A model generated the notes under the pieces. The model had not been told where the DNA came from, ran no database searches, and worked only from the letters and a program-made list of their open reading frames with translations. A stretch of DNA of 64,000 bases, taken from Nannocystis bainbridge (GTDB lineage: Bacteria; Myxococcota_A; Polyangia; Nannocystales; Nannocystaceae). The stretch lies in contig NZ_JAQNDL010000003.1 in the NCBI RefSeq assembly GCF_028368995.1, positions 1,472,001 through 1,536,000 of the forward strand. Reading direction: 5' to 3'. The translations under genes were made by a program, and so were the position numbers. Below, piece after piece: positions 24,842 to 33,052 of this stretch; the stretch's first letter is position 1, and every line of letters begins with the position of its first letter.

Positions 24842-25801
24842 ATGACCGACTCCCGCGGGCAGCGGCTCCTCGCCGAGCTCGGTGACCTCGACCTCCCGCC
24901 CGGCGCGCTCGAGCTGCGGCCCGATGAGTCGATGGCCCGGCACACCACCCTGCGGCTCGGCGGCCCGGCGGACCTGTGGGCCAGGCCGGCCGACGCCCGC
25001 GCCCTGCAGATGCTCCTGACCGCCTGCCACGCGCGGGCGATCGGCGTCAGCTTCGTCGGCGGCGGCTCCAACCTGCTCGTGCGCGACGCCGGCATCCGCG
25101 GCGTCGTCGTCAACCTCGCACGCATGAACCGGGTCGAGCGGCCCGACCCCGCCGACCCCGCGCGCGTCGAGGTCGAGGCCGGCGCCACCACCGGTCGCCT
25201 GCTGCAGCACGTCACCACCTGGGAGCTCGGCGGCCTCGAGTTCCTCGGCGGCGTCCCGGGCAGCGTCGGCGGCGGCCTCGTCATGAACGCCGGCACCTAC
25301 CTCGGCGAGTTCACCAGGGTCGTCGTGCGCGTGCACAGCCTCCACCGCGACGGCCGCGCGCGCACCCGCGAGCACGCCGAGTGCGGCTTTCGCTACCGCG
25401 GCAGCGACCTCCCGCCCGACGAGCTCGTCGTCGGCGCCGAGCTGCGCTGCTGGCCGCGCCCGCGCCCCGAGATCGAGGCCGACGTCGCCGGCCTGCGCGA
25501 GCGCCGGCGCCAGCGCGAGCCGACCGGCGTCGCCAACAACGGCAGCACCTTCAAGAACCCGCCCGGCGAGTTCGCCGGCCGCCTCATCGAGTCGGTCGGC
25601 CTCAAGGGCACCCGCGTCGGCGCCGCGATCGTCAGCCCCGTGCACGCCAACTGGCTGGTCGTCGAGCGCCCCGGCCCCGGCGTGCCCGAAGCGCGCGCCG
25701 CCGACCTCCTCGCCCTCATCGACCTCGTGCGCGAGCGCGTGCGCGAAGCGACCGGCGTCGCCCTCGAGCTCGAGGTCAAGATCGCCGGCGAGGCGGTATA
25801 A
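24842..25801 (+). CDS. murB: UDP-N-acetylenolpyruvoylglucosamine reductase
   Basis: HTTLRLGGPAD, GGGSNLLV, GLEFLGGVPGSVGG, MNAG, GSTFKNP, HANW; GTG at 24833 overlapping the murC stop is an alternative start. Confidence 0.95.
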   Translation: MTDSRGQRLLAELGDLDLPPGALELRPDESMARHTTLRLGGPADLWARPADARALQMLLTACHARAIGVSFVGGGSNLLVRDAGIRGVVVNLARMNRVERPDPADPARVEVEAGATTGRLLQHVTTWELGGLEFLGGVPGSVGGGLVMNAGTYLGEFTRVVVRVHSLHRDGRARTREHAECGFRYRGSDLPPDELVVGAELRCWPRPRPEIEADVAGLRERRRQREPTGVANNGSTFKNPPGEFAGRLIESVGLKGTRVGAAIVSPVHANWLVVERPGPGVPEARAADLLALIDLVRERVREATGVALELEVKIAGEAV

Positions 25802-25809
25802 CTCCGGCC

Positions 25810-26067
25810 ATGAGTCACCACCCGACCAACTTCCAGGGCTCCGTCGTCGACGCCATCCGCGAGGCCATCCTCGCCAAGATGCCCGCAGACGACGTCCAGG
25901 TCTCGGGCGGCGGCGGCCACTACGCCATCGTCGTCGTCTCCTCCGAGTTCGCCGGCAAGACCATGGTCGCCCAGCAGCGCCTCGTCTACGGCGCCATCGC
26001 CCACCTCATGGCCGGCGACATGGCCCCGGTCCACGCCGTCGACAGCCTGCGCACCATCGTCCCCTGA
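25810..26067 (+). CDS. BolA/IbaG family protein
   Basis: GGHYAIVVVSSEFAGKTMVAQQRLVY...VHAV. Confidence 0.88.
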   Translation: MSHHPTNFQGSVVDAIREAILAKMPADDVQVSGGGGHYAIVVVSSEFAGKTMVAQQRLVYGAIAHLMAGDMAPVHAVDSLRTIVP

Positions 26068-26081
26068 GCGCCGCACCGCGA

Positions 26082-26099
26082 CCTGTCCTCAAGGACAGG
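26082..26099. repeat. Perfect inverted repeat, variant of the 14-bp site family
   Basis: cctgtcct-ca-aggacagg between convergent genes. Confidence 0.7.
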
Positions 26100-26178
26100 C
26101 CGCCTCGAAGCGCGAGCGCGCCAGGCCGCACCGCCCGGCTCTACCACGCGACGATGGGCGCGACGGAGCCCTGCGCGC

Positions 26179-26739
26179 TCAACCGAGCCGCGCGAGCAGG
26201 CCGTCATACACGTCCGTGAGCGCCAGGCGGCACGGCGGCGCCGCCAGCTCGACCACCGCCTCGGCCCCGGCCTCGCGCCGGTAGTGCCAGCCGTGCGCCG
26301 CGCGGACGAAGACCTCGACCGACAGCGCCTCCTGGCTCACCAGCAAGTACGCCTGCAGGCTGCTCAGCTGCTGATACAGCGCCCATTTGCGCCCCCGATC
26401 GAAGCTCTCGGTCGACGGCGAGAGCACCTCGACGATCAGCGCCGGCCGCTCGACCAGGCTCCGCTCGAGCTGCTCCGGATCGCAGCTGACCACCACGTCG
26501 GGATAGACCACATCTGCGCCCACGCGCACCTTCATGCCCTCGTGGAACGTGAAACAACCGCGCGGCCGCAGCTGCTCGCGCAGCGTCGCGGCGAGGTTGA
26601 CGCCGATGTGCGCGTGGAACGTCGAGCCACCCGCCATCGCGAACACCTCGCCGTCGACGAGCTCGTATCGCGGCTCCTGCTCCTGCTCCCACACCAGGAA
26701 CGCCTCGAGGCTCATGCGTACCTGGGGGACCGCGGACAC
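26179..26739 (-). CDS. Uma2 family endonuclease (DUF820)
   Basis: RYELVDGEVFAMAG, YPDVVVSC, IVEVLSPSTESFDRGRK, YLLVSQ; start approximate. Confidence 0.9.
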   Translation of the reverse strand: MSAVPQVRMSLEAFLVWEQEQEPRYELVDGEVFAMAGGSTFHAHIGVNLAATLREQLRPRGCFTFHEGMKVRVGADVVYPDVVVSCDPEQLERSLVERPALIVEVLSPSTESFDRGRKWALYQQLSSLQAYLLVSQEALSVEVFVRAAHGWHYRREAGAEAVVELAAPPCRLALTDVYDGLLARLG

Positions 26740-26978
26740 GCCTCCAAGTCTATCAAGCCCGGCGCATGACGGCCAGCTCGCCTCCCCGCCACGCCGGGCG
26801 CCGGCCTCGCGTCTCGTCGCGGCGGCCCCAGGAGTGACGCCCGCGAGGCCCGCGGACGCGAGCGACAGCGCAGCCGCGCCGGCTCGTCGCATTGACAGCC
26901 CCGCGCCTCGGCCCAGCCTTCGCGGGTGGGCCTCTTCGTCCACACATCAGCCCGGCGTTCGCCGCCAGGAGACCGATC

Positions 26979-27518
26979 ATGAGCACCCTCAAGCCTTCGC
27001 TCGGCCTGCGCGATCACCTGCGCGGCGAGCTCTCGCGGGCGATTCACCTCGTCGAATTCGGCGACTTCGAGTGCCCCTTCTGCGGCCAGGCCCAGATCGT
27101 CGTCCACGCCCTCGTACGGGCGCTCGGCGATCAGCTCTGCTTCGGCTTCCGCAACTTCCCGCTCGAGGCCGCCCACCCGCACGCCCGGCTCTCCGCCGAG
27201 GCTGCCGAGGCCGCCGGCGCCCAGGGCAAGTACTGGCAGATGCACGACCTCCTGTTCGAGAACCAGCACGCCCTCACCGTCCCGCACCTCGGGCATTACG
27301 GCGAGCAGCTCGGCCTCGACATGCACCGCTTCGTCGCCGACCTGCAGGCCCACCGTCACCTCGAGAAGGTCCGCGGCGACCGCCACAGCGGGGCCATCAG
27401 CGGCGTCACCGGCACCCCGACCTTCTTCGTCAACGGCATCCGCCACGAGGGCCCGTTCGACTTCGACTCCCTGCTCGCCGCCATGACCCTCGCCGCTCGC
27501 TTCCCCCGCGCCGGCTGA
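26979..27518 (+). CDS. DsbA-like thioredoxin-fold oxidoreductase
   Basis: EFGDFECPFC, RNFPL, GVTGTPTFFVNG; AGGAG RBS. Confidence 0.9.
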   Translation: MSTLKPSLGLRDHLRGELSRAIHLVEFGDFECPFCGQAQIVVHALVRALGDQLCFGFRNFPLEAAHPHARLSAEAAEAAGAQGKYWQMHDLLFENQHALTVPHLGHYGEQLGLDMHRFVADLQAHRHLEKVRGDRHSGAISGVTGTPTFFVNGIRHEGPFDFDSLLAAMTLAARFPRAG

Positions 27519-27532
27519 CGCGCGCCGCTCTG

Positions 27533-27606
27533 CATGCCCCGCAGGACATGCCCCCTGGGACATGCCCTATCCGACCTATCCCATCGGACATGCCCCCGAG
27601 GCCATG
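27533..27606. repeat. 14-bp-phased CATG array (6 positions)
   Basis: CATG at 27533, 27547, 27561, ccta 27575, CATG 27589, 27603. Confidence 0.9.
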
Positions 27607-27623
27607 TCCACGGCGCACCGAAT

Positions 27624-28445
27624 CTAGCGCGTCTGCGTGAGCTCGACGCCGAGCCCGCGCAGCGCGTAGCGCAGCCCGCTCGCCAGGTCGGCCAGCGTCG
27701 GCGCCCGGAACGACACCCCGCGGGCGCTCATCGACTGTGCCACTGCCGGCTGGATCCCGACCAGCACCGGCGTCGCCCCGAGCAGCTCGATCGCCTGCGC
27801 CGCGCGGGCCAGCAGCTGCACGGCCTCGTCGGTGTCGAGGCTCGGCACGCCCGACAGATCGATCAACGCATAGGCCGCCGAATGCCTGGCCACCGCCGCC
27901 AGCAGCGCCTCGGTGATCTGCTGCGCGCGCTCGGCCCCCAGCTCGCCCAGCAGCGGCAGCACCACCACCCCGGGGTACAGCGGCAGCACCCGCAGCGACA
28001 GCCGCACCAGCGCCTCCGATTGGGCTCGCACCACCGCCTCGCGCGCCTGCAGGTACGTATCGGCCAGCACCGCCGCCCCGGCGTAGGCGAGCTTCGCCCG
28101 CGCGCGCTCCCAGCCGAGGCGGAGCTCGGGCTCGTCGGGGTGATGCGCCGCGAAATCGTCGGACACCGCCTGGAACCCGAGGTTGAGGCCCGTGACGACA
28201 TCCATCACCGCCACCCCGAGCTGCGAGCGGACCACCGCGATCTCGCGCATGCGCTGCAGCAGCGCCTGCGGCTCTCCGTGGGCCAGGTCGAGGGCCACCG
28301 CCTCGAACGCGCGGGCCAGCGTGGCCGACAGCTGCGGATCGGTGAGGCCCTCGTAGAACGGCAACTTCGCGGCCCGGATCCTGGCCGCGGACGCTGCCAC
28401 GTTGTCGTTCAACCGGCCTCGAAACGCGTCCACCAGCCGCTGCAT
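27624..28445 (-). CDS. RsbR-like STAS domain protein with globin-like N-terminus
   Basis: VLPLLGELGAERAQ, IDLSGV, LLGATPVLVGIQPAVAQ. Confidence 0.85.
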   Translation of the reverse strand: MQRLVDAFRGRLNDNVAASAARIRAAKLPFYEGLTDPQLSATLARAFEAVALDLAHGEPQALLQRMREIAVVRSQLGVAVMDVVTGLNLGFQAVSDDFAAHHPDEPELRLGWERARAKLAYAGAAVLADTYLQAREAVVRAQSEALVRLSLRVLPLYPGVVVLPLLGELGAERAQQITEALLAAVARHSAAYALIDLSGVPSLDTDEAVQLLARAAQAIELLGATPVLVGIQPAVAQSMSARGVSFRAPTLADLASGLRYALRGLGVELTQTR

Positions 28446-28694
28446 CTCCGGTCAAGATGCATCAACCGTCCACGCAAGTAAACGCGTGGGCCCGGGCCCA
28501 CGCATCACGCGAGCGCCGACCTCCGCCAGCGCACGCCCCGCACGCGCAGACGCGGCTGTGCGCCCCCGACCGCGTGTCGTCTCCGGCTCCAGGACGCGGC
28601 CTCATGACCCTGTCCCAAGGGACATGCACCAGGCGGACGATCGCGTCCACTTGTCCGCGGCGCCCGCCGCGGCCGAGTGCTACCCTCGCGCGCG

Positions 28695-29981
28695 ATGCCT
28701 GCACGCGGCCGATCGCAGCGCCTCGCCGCCGACGACCCCGTCACGCCGGTGTTACGCGAAGACCTCGCGCTCGGCCACCGCGCCGCCCGGCCCGGCGAAG
28801 GCGACCTTTTCGACAATCGCCTGATCCACGGCGACAACCTCGCCGTCCTGCGCGCGCTCGAGCCCGAGTTCGCCGGCCGGGTGCAGTGCGTGTACATCGA
28901 CCCGCCCTACAACACCGGCCAGGTGTTCGCGCACTACGACGACGGCGTCGACCACGAGCGCTGGTCGGCGCAGATCCGTCAGCGCCTCGAGGTGCTGCAG
29001 CGGCTGCTCGCCGCCTCGGGCACGCTGTTCGTGCACATCGACGACAACGAGCTGGCCTATCTGATCACCGCCGCCGACGAGGTGTTCGGGCGGGCCAACC
29101 GGATCGCCGTGATCACCTTCAAGCAGAGCTCCGTCTCGGGGCCCAAGGCCGTCAACGCCGGCTTCGTCAGCACCGCCAGCTTCATCGTCGTCTACGCCCG
29201 CCAGCGCAGCGCCTGGCGCCCCGAGCGGGTCCACGCCGCGACCGCGCGCGACGCCCGTTACAGCCGGTGGATCGACAACATCGACGACCCGCCGGAGCGC
29301 TGGCGCTTGGTCCCGCTGCGCCAGGCGTTCGCGCGGGCCCGCGGCCTCGCCCCCGGCGGCCTGCGGGGCGGCGCCCACGAGGCCGAGCTCGAGGCGTTCG
29401 TGCTCGCATCCCCCCACCGGGTCGTCCGCACCGCCCGCATCGCCGCCCGCGACGTCGGCGAGCCCGCGCGGCAGATCCTGGCCCGCTCGGCCGCCGAGCC
29501 CGGCGTGGTCCTGCGCGCCGAGCGACCTGGCCGCGAGGACATGTACTTCCTCGGCGGCGAGCAGCTGATCTTCTATGCGGCCAAGGTCCGCGAGGTCGAC
29601 GGCCGCCGCGTCACCGCCCAGCCGCTGTCGACGATCTGGGACGACCTCCTGCCCAACAACCTCCACAACGAGGGCGGCGTCGCCTTCTCGCACGGCAAGA
29701 AGCCCGAGCTGCTGCTCAAGCGCTGCCTCGACGTCGCCACCGCCCCCGGCGACCTCGTGCTCGACTGCTTCGCCGGCTCCGGCACCACCGCCGCCGTCGC
29801 CCACAAGATGCGGCGCCGCTGGCTGGCCGTCGAGCTCGGCCCGCACGCCGAGACCCACTGCCTGCCGCGCCTGCGCGCCGTGGTCGACGGCGAGGACCCG
29901 AGCGGCGCGACCGCGGCGACCGGCTGGCGCGGCGGCGGCGGCTTCCGCTTCTTCCGCCTCGAAGACCCGCCCGCGCGCTGA
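28695..29981 (+). CDS. Beta-class N6/N4 DNA methyltransferase (type III Mod-like), solitary
   Basis: LIHGDNL, YIDPPYNTG, HIDDNE, KKPELLL, VLDCFAGSGTT; motif IV precedes motif I; no res gene adjacent. Confidence 0.9.
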   Translation: MPARGRSQRLAADDPVTPVLREDLALGHRAARPGEGDLFDNRLIHGDNLAVLRALEPEFAGRVQCVYIDPPYNTGQVFAHYDDGVDHERWSAQIRQRLEVLQRLLAASGTLFVHIDDNELAYLITAADEVFGRANRIAVITFKQSSVSGPKAVNAGFVSTASFIVVYARQRSAWRPERVHAATARDARYSRWIDNIDDPPERWRLVPLRQAFARARGLAPGGLRGGAHEAELEAFVLASPHRVVRTARIAARDVGEPARQILARSAAEPGVVLRAERPGREDMYFLGGEQLIFYAAKVREVDGRRVTAQPLSTIWDDLLPNNLHNEGGVAFSHGKKPELLLKRCLDVATAPGDLVLDCFAGSGTTAAVAHKMRRRWLAVELGPHAETHCLPRLRAVVDGEDPSGATAATGWRGGGGFRFFRLEDPPAR

Positions 29982-29998
29982 CGCGCCCGCCAAGCACA

Positions 29999-30086
29999 CA
30001 TGCCCGTTCAGACATGCCCTTTCGAGCATGCTCCATCAGGCATGTCCCAAAGCACATGCCCCTTCGAGCATGCCCTCCGGGCCATC
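29999..30086. repeat. 14-bp-phased CATG array (6 perfect cores plus 1 degenerate)
   Basis: CATG at 29999, 30013, 30027, 30041, 30055, 30069; catc 30083. Confidence 0.92.
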
Positions 30087-30100
30087 CTCTACCTATCCGC

Positions 30101-32464
30101 TCACACGATCCACATCGCTTCGACGCGCTGGGCGACCGTGCGACGGACCTTGAGGAAGCGGGGGTCGGCGCGGACCGCCGCCAGCGCCGGGCACAGGTCG
30201 AGCCACTCGAGGTCGATCAGGCGGGACTCGCAGGCGCGCTCGATCAGCGCCAGGCAGTCGTCCTGGAACCCGCGCAGGCCCATGATCTCGGCGGTCACCT
30301 GGCACGTCGAGGTCAGCATGCGCGGGCTCGGACCGTTCTTGATCACGTCCTCGAGACCGACCCACAGCCGCTCGCGGTCGTAGTCGCCGAGCAGCCCGTG
30401 GGCCGAGAAGCTGACCGCGTTCTCGCGCTCGCCCTGGGCCATCGACCGCGAGCGCTCGAGGCACGCGCGCACCGTGTCCAGATCGCCGAACCACCCGGCC
30501 ACGCGCACGCGGGTGATGAGCGCCTGGAACTGGAAGTGCGGCTGGTGCTCGAGCTTGTCGAGGAACTCGTGCAGCGCCCCGAGGTCGCGGCGGAGCGCGT
30601 GCACCCGGGCCACGTGGGCGTACGCCTGCAGCAGGCTCGGCTCGAGCGCCGCCGCCAGGCGGGCGCGGGTCACCCCGTCCTCGATGTTGCCCGCCTCGCA
30701 CTGCAGCTGCGACAGGTACTCGTGGGCGTGGGCGTAGGTCGGCGCCAGATCGAGCGCCCGGACGAACGCCTTGACCGCGTCGCGCCACTCGCCGACCTGC
30801 ACCTCGTACATCCCGCGGGCGAACTGCGACTCGGCCAGGTCCGGCGCCAGCTCGAGCGTGCGCTCGACCGCCGCGCGCGACAGCGCCGCGAAGTCGCGCG
30901 GCGAGCCCACGCGGGTCGCGAAGAACCACGCGCGCGTGCACGCCACCGCGTAGCTGGCGAGCGCCGGGCGGAACATCGGCGCCGCCTGCAGCGCCTCCTC
31001 GAGCAGCTCGATCGCCCCGTCGGGCCCGACCACGTGCCCGCCGATGATCTTGCGGCGGGCCCGGCGGTACAGCGCGATCGCCTCGGGCGTGCCGGTGCGG
31101 CGGTGCGCGTACGTCGTCAGCTCGACGCGCAGGCCCTCGGCGATCTTCTTGCCGACGATCTCCTGCGCGTCGAGCAAGTCCTCGGCGCGGGCCTCGAACC
31201 GCTCGTTGTAGACCTGCAGCCCGGTCTGGACCTCGACCAGCCGGGCCTGCACGCGCAGCAGCGTCGGCGTCACCTGCAGCGTCGCGTCGACCACCATCGC
31301 CGCGCCCAGCTCCGTGCCGACCGCCCGCGGGTCGCGAGCGTCGCGGTAGCGGGCCGTCGCCCCGCTGCCGAGCACCCGCATCCCGCCGGTCTGCTGCAGC
31401 ACGTCGATCGCCGCGTCAGTCAGCGCCTCGCCCAGGTACGCCGTCGCCGGCGGCCCCTGGTAGCGCAACGGCAGCACCGCCACCATCGGCGCCTGCAGCG
31501 TCGCGGTCGGCGTCGTCGCCCCGGCCGGGTGACGCGTCGAGGCCAGCGTCGAAAGCGGCCCCGCCCCGCTCGAGATCGTCTCGCCGCTGCCGACCAGCCA
31601 CCCGCGCAGCCGCTCGGCGATCGCCGCCGCGCTGGCCGGCCGATGACCTGACTCTTGGGACAGGCACTGCCGCACCAGCTCCGCCAGCGCCTCGGGCGCG
31701 TCGGGCCGCACGGACAGCAGCTCGAGCGGCCGCTCCGTCAGGCGGGCCAGCGCCGCCGCGAACGCCGTGTCGCCGGCGAACGGCAGCCGCCCCGTCAGCA
31801 TCTCGAACAGCACCAGCCCGACCGCGTAGAGGTCGGTGCGCGCGTCGACCGGCGCCCCCGCCACCTGCTCCGGCGCCATGTACACCGGCGTCCCGAGCAG
31901 CCCCTGCGTGTGCTGGCCGTCGTCGAGCGGCCGCGCGATGCCGAAGTCGGTGAGCACCACCCGGCCCTCGACCTCGAGCAGCACGTTGGCCGGCTTGAGG
32001 TCGCGATGGACCACCCCCGCCGCGTGCGCCGCCGTCAGCGCCTCGCACACCGACAGCGCGATGCGGGCCGCGCGGGCCGGCGCCAGCCCGCCGGCCGACG
32101 CCGGGTCGTGAAGCAGATCCTGCAGCGTCGAGCCCTCGACGAACTCCATGATCAGGAACGGCACCCCGCGGTGCTCGCCCATGTCGTGCGTGCGGGCCAC
32201 GTTCGGGTGGCTGATCCGGCGCGCCAGCCGGACCTCGCGGCGGAACCCCTCGAGCTGCTTCGGCGTCACCGAGTTGCCGAGCAGCTTGAGCGCGACCACG
32301 TCGCCCACCAGCACATCGACCGCGCGGTACACCGCCCCCATCCCCCCGCGCCCGGCCAGCGCCTCGATCTGGTAGCGATTGGCGTAGAGCTCCCCGCGCG
32401 GCGTCTCGTGCGGGACCTCGTCGCCCCGCAGGGTCGCATCGACCTCGTGAAGCGGCCTCGACAC
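30101..32464 (-). CDS. Ser/Thr protein kinase with TolB-like/TPR C-terminus
   Basis: GRGGMGAVY, VALK, HRDLKPAN, DFGIAR, GTPVYMAPE; AVLPL...YLGEAL segment then TPRs; start approximate. Confidence 0.9.
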   Translation of the reverse strand: MSRPLHEVDATLRGDEVPHETPRGELYANRYQIEALAGRGGMGAVYRAVDVLVGDVVALKLLGNSVTPKQLEGFRREVRLARRISHPNVARTHDMGEHRGVPFLIMEFVEGSTLQDLLHDPASAGGLAPARAARIALSVCEALTAAHAAGVVHRDLKPANVLLEVEGRVVLTDFGIARPLDDGQHTQGLLGTPVYMAPEQVAGAPVDARTDLYAVGLVLFEMLTGRLPFAGDTAFAAALARLTERPLELLSVRPDAPEALAELVRQCLSQESGHRPASAAAIAERLRGWLVGSGETISSGAGPLSTLASTRHPAGATTPTATLQAPMVAVLPLRYQGPPATAYLGEALTDAAIDVLQQTGGMRVLGSGATARYRDARDPRAVGTELGAAMVVDATLQVTPTLLRVQARLVEVQTGLQVYNERFEARAEDLLDAQEIVGKKIAEGLRVELTTYAHRRTGTPEAIALYRRARRKIIGGHVVGPDGAIELLEEALQAAPMFRPALASYAVACTRAWFFATRVGSPRDFAALSRAAVERTLELAPDLAESQFARGMYEVQVGEWRDAVKAFVRALDLAPTYAHAHEYLSQLQCEAGNIEDGVTRARLAAALEPSLLQAYAHVARVHALRRDLGALHEFLDKLEHQPHFQFQALITRVRVAGWFGDLDTVRACLERSRSMAQGERENAVSFSAHGLLGDYDRERLWVGLEDVIKNGPSPRMLTSTCQVTAEIMGLRGFQDDCLALIERACESRLIDLEWLDLCPALAAVRADPRFLKVRRTVAQRVEAMWIV

Positions 32465-33052
32465 GGTCGCCAGCTTAGCAGGTGCCCCCCGGCCCGCGCC
32501 CCGCCCCACCCCTCAATCGCGGCCGCAGCGCACCCGGAGCTTCCGCACCTCACCGCGCCCCCACGCGCGCGCCGTCCCCCCTGCGCCCGCGAACCCTCCC
32601 CCCGGCGGCGCGGCAGGCTCATGCGGCGCCCGGGATCTACGACCCCTCGACGCAACCCCGGAAGCGAGCGCGCCCGACACGGAGCCGACCGCACGCCGCG
32701 CCATGAAAGCAAACCACCGGTCCCGCTCCCCGACCCCACGCCCCGCGTCACGACATGACCCAAGAGACAGACGGTATCTCCTCACCGCGACGCATCGTCC
32801 TGCCGCGAACATCCGATCGTCTCTGCGCCGAAGACAATCGTGCCACAGGCAGATCCGTCCGGCCGCGAGTCCGAGCTCGCGGCGCTGTCGTTGCTTTGGC
32901 GTCTCCGATGGGACCTCCCGGTCGCGCAATGCTCTGGCCCGCTTCAATCTCTTGCTGCTGCAAGGATCGTTCATCCAAGCATTTCTACCGACCTGCCTGA
33001 ACGTACATGATGATGTGTTCAGGTCGCAAGGACACCCGATGCTCGGGCGCGT

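Noticed and set aside
29999-30086. GGACATGTCC matches the p53 half-site RRRCWWGYYY
   Set aside because: Coincidental in a bacterium; no evidence of a p53-like protein here.
32510-33050. Possible small gene between the divergent kinases
   Set aside because: Several overlapping short ORFs, none with recognisable motifs or convincing codon bias.
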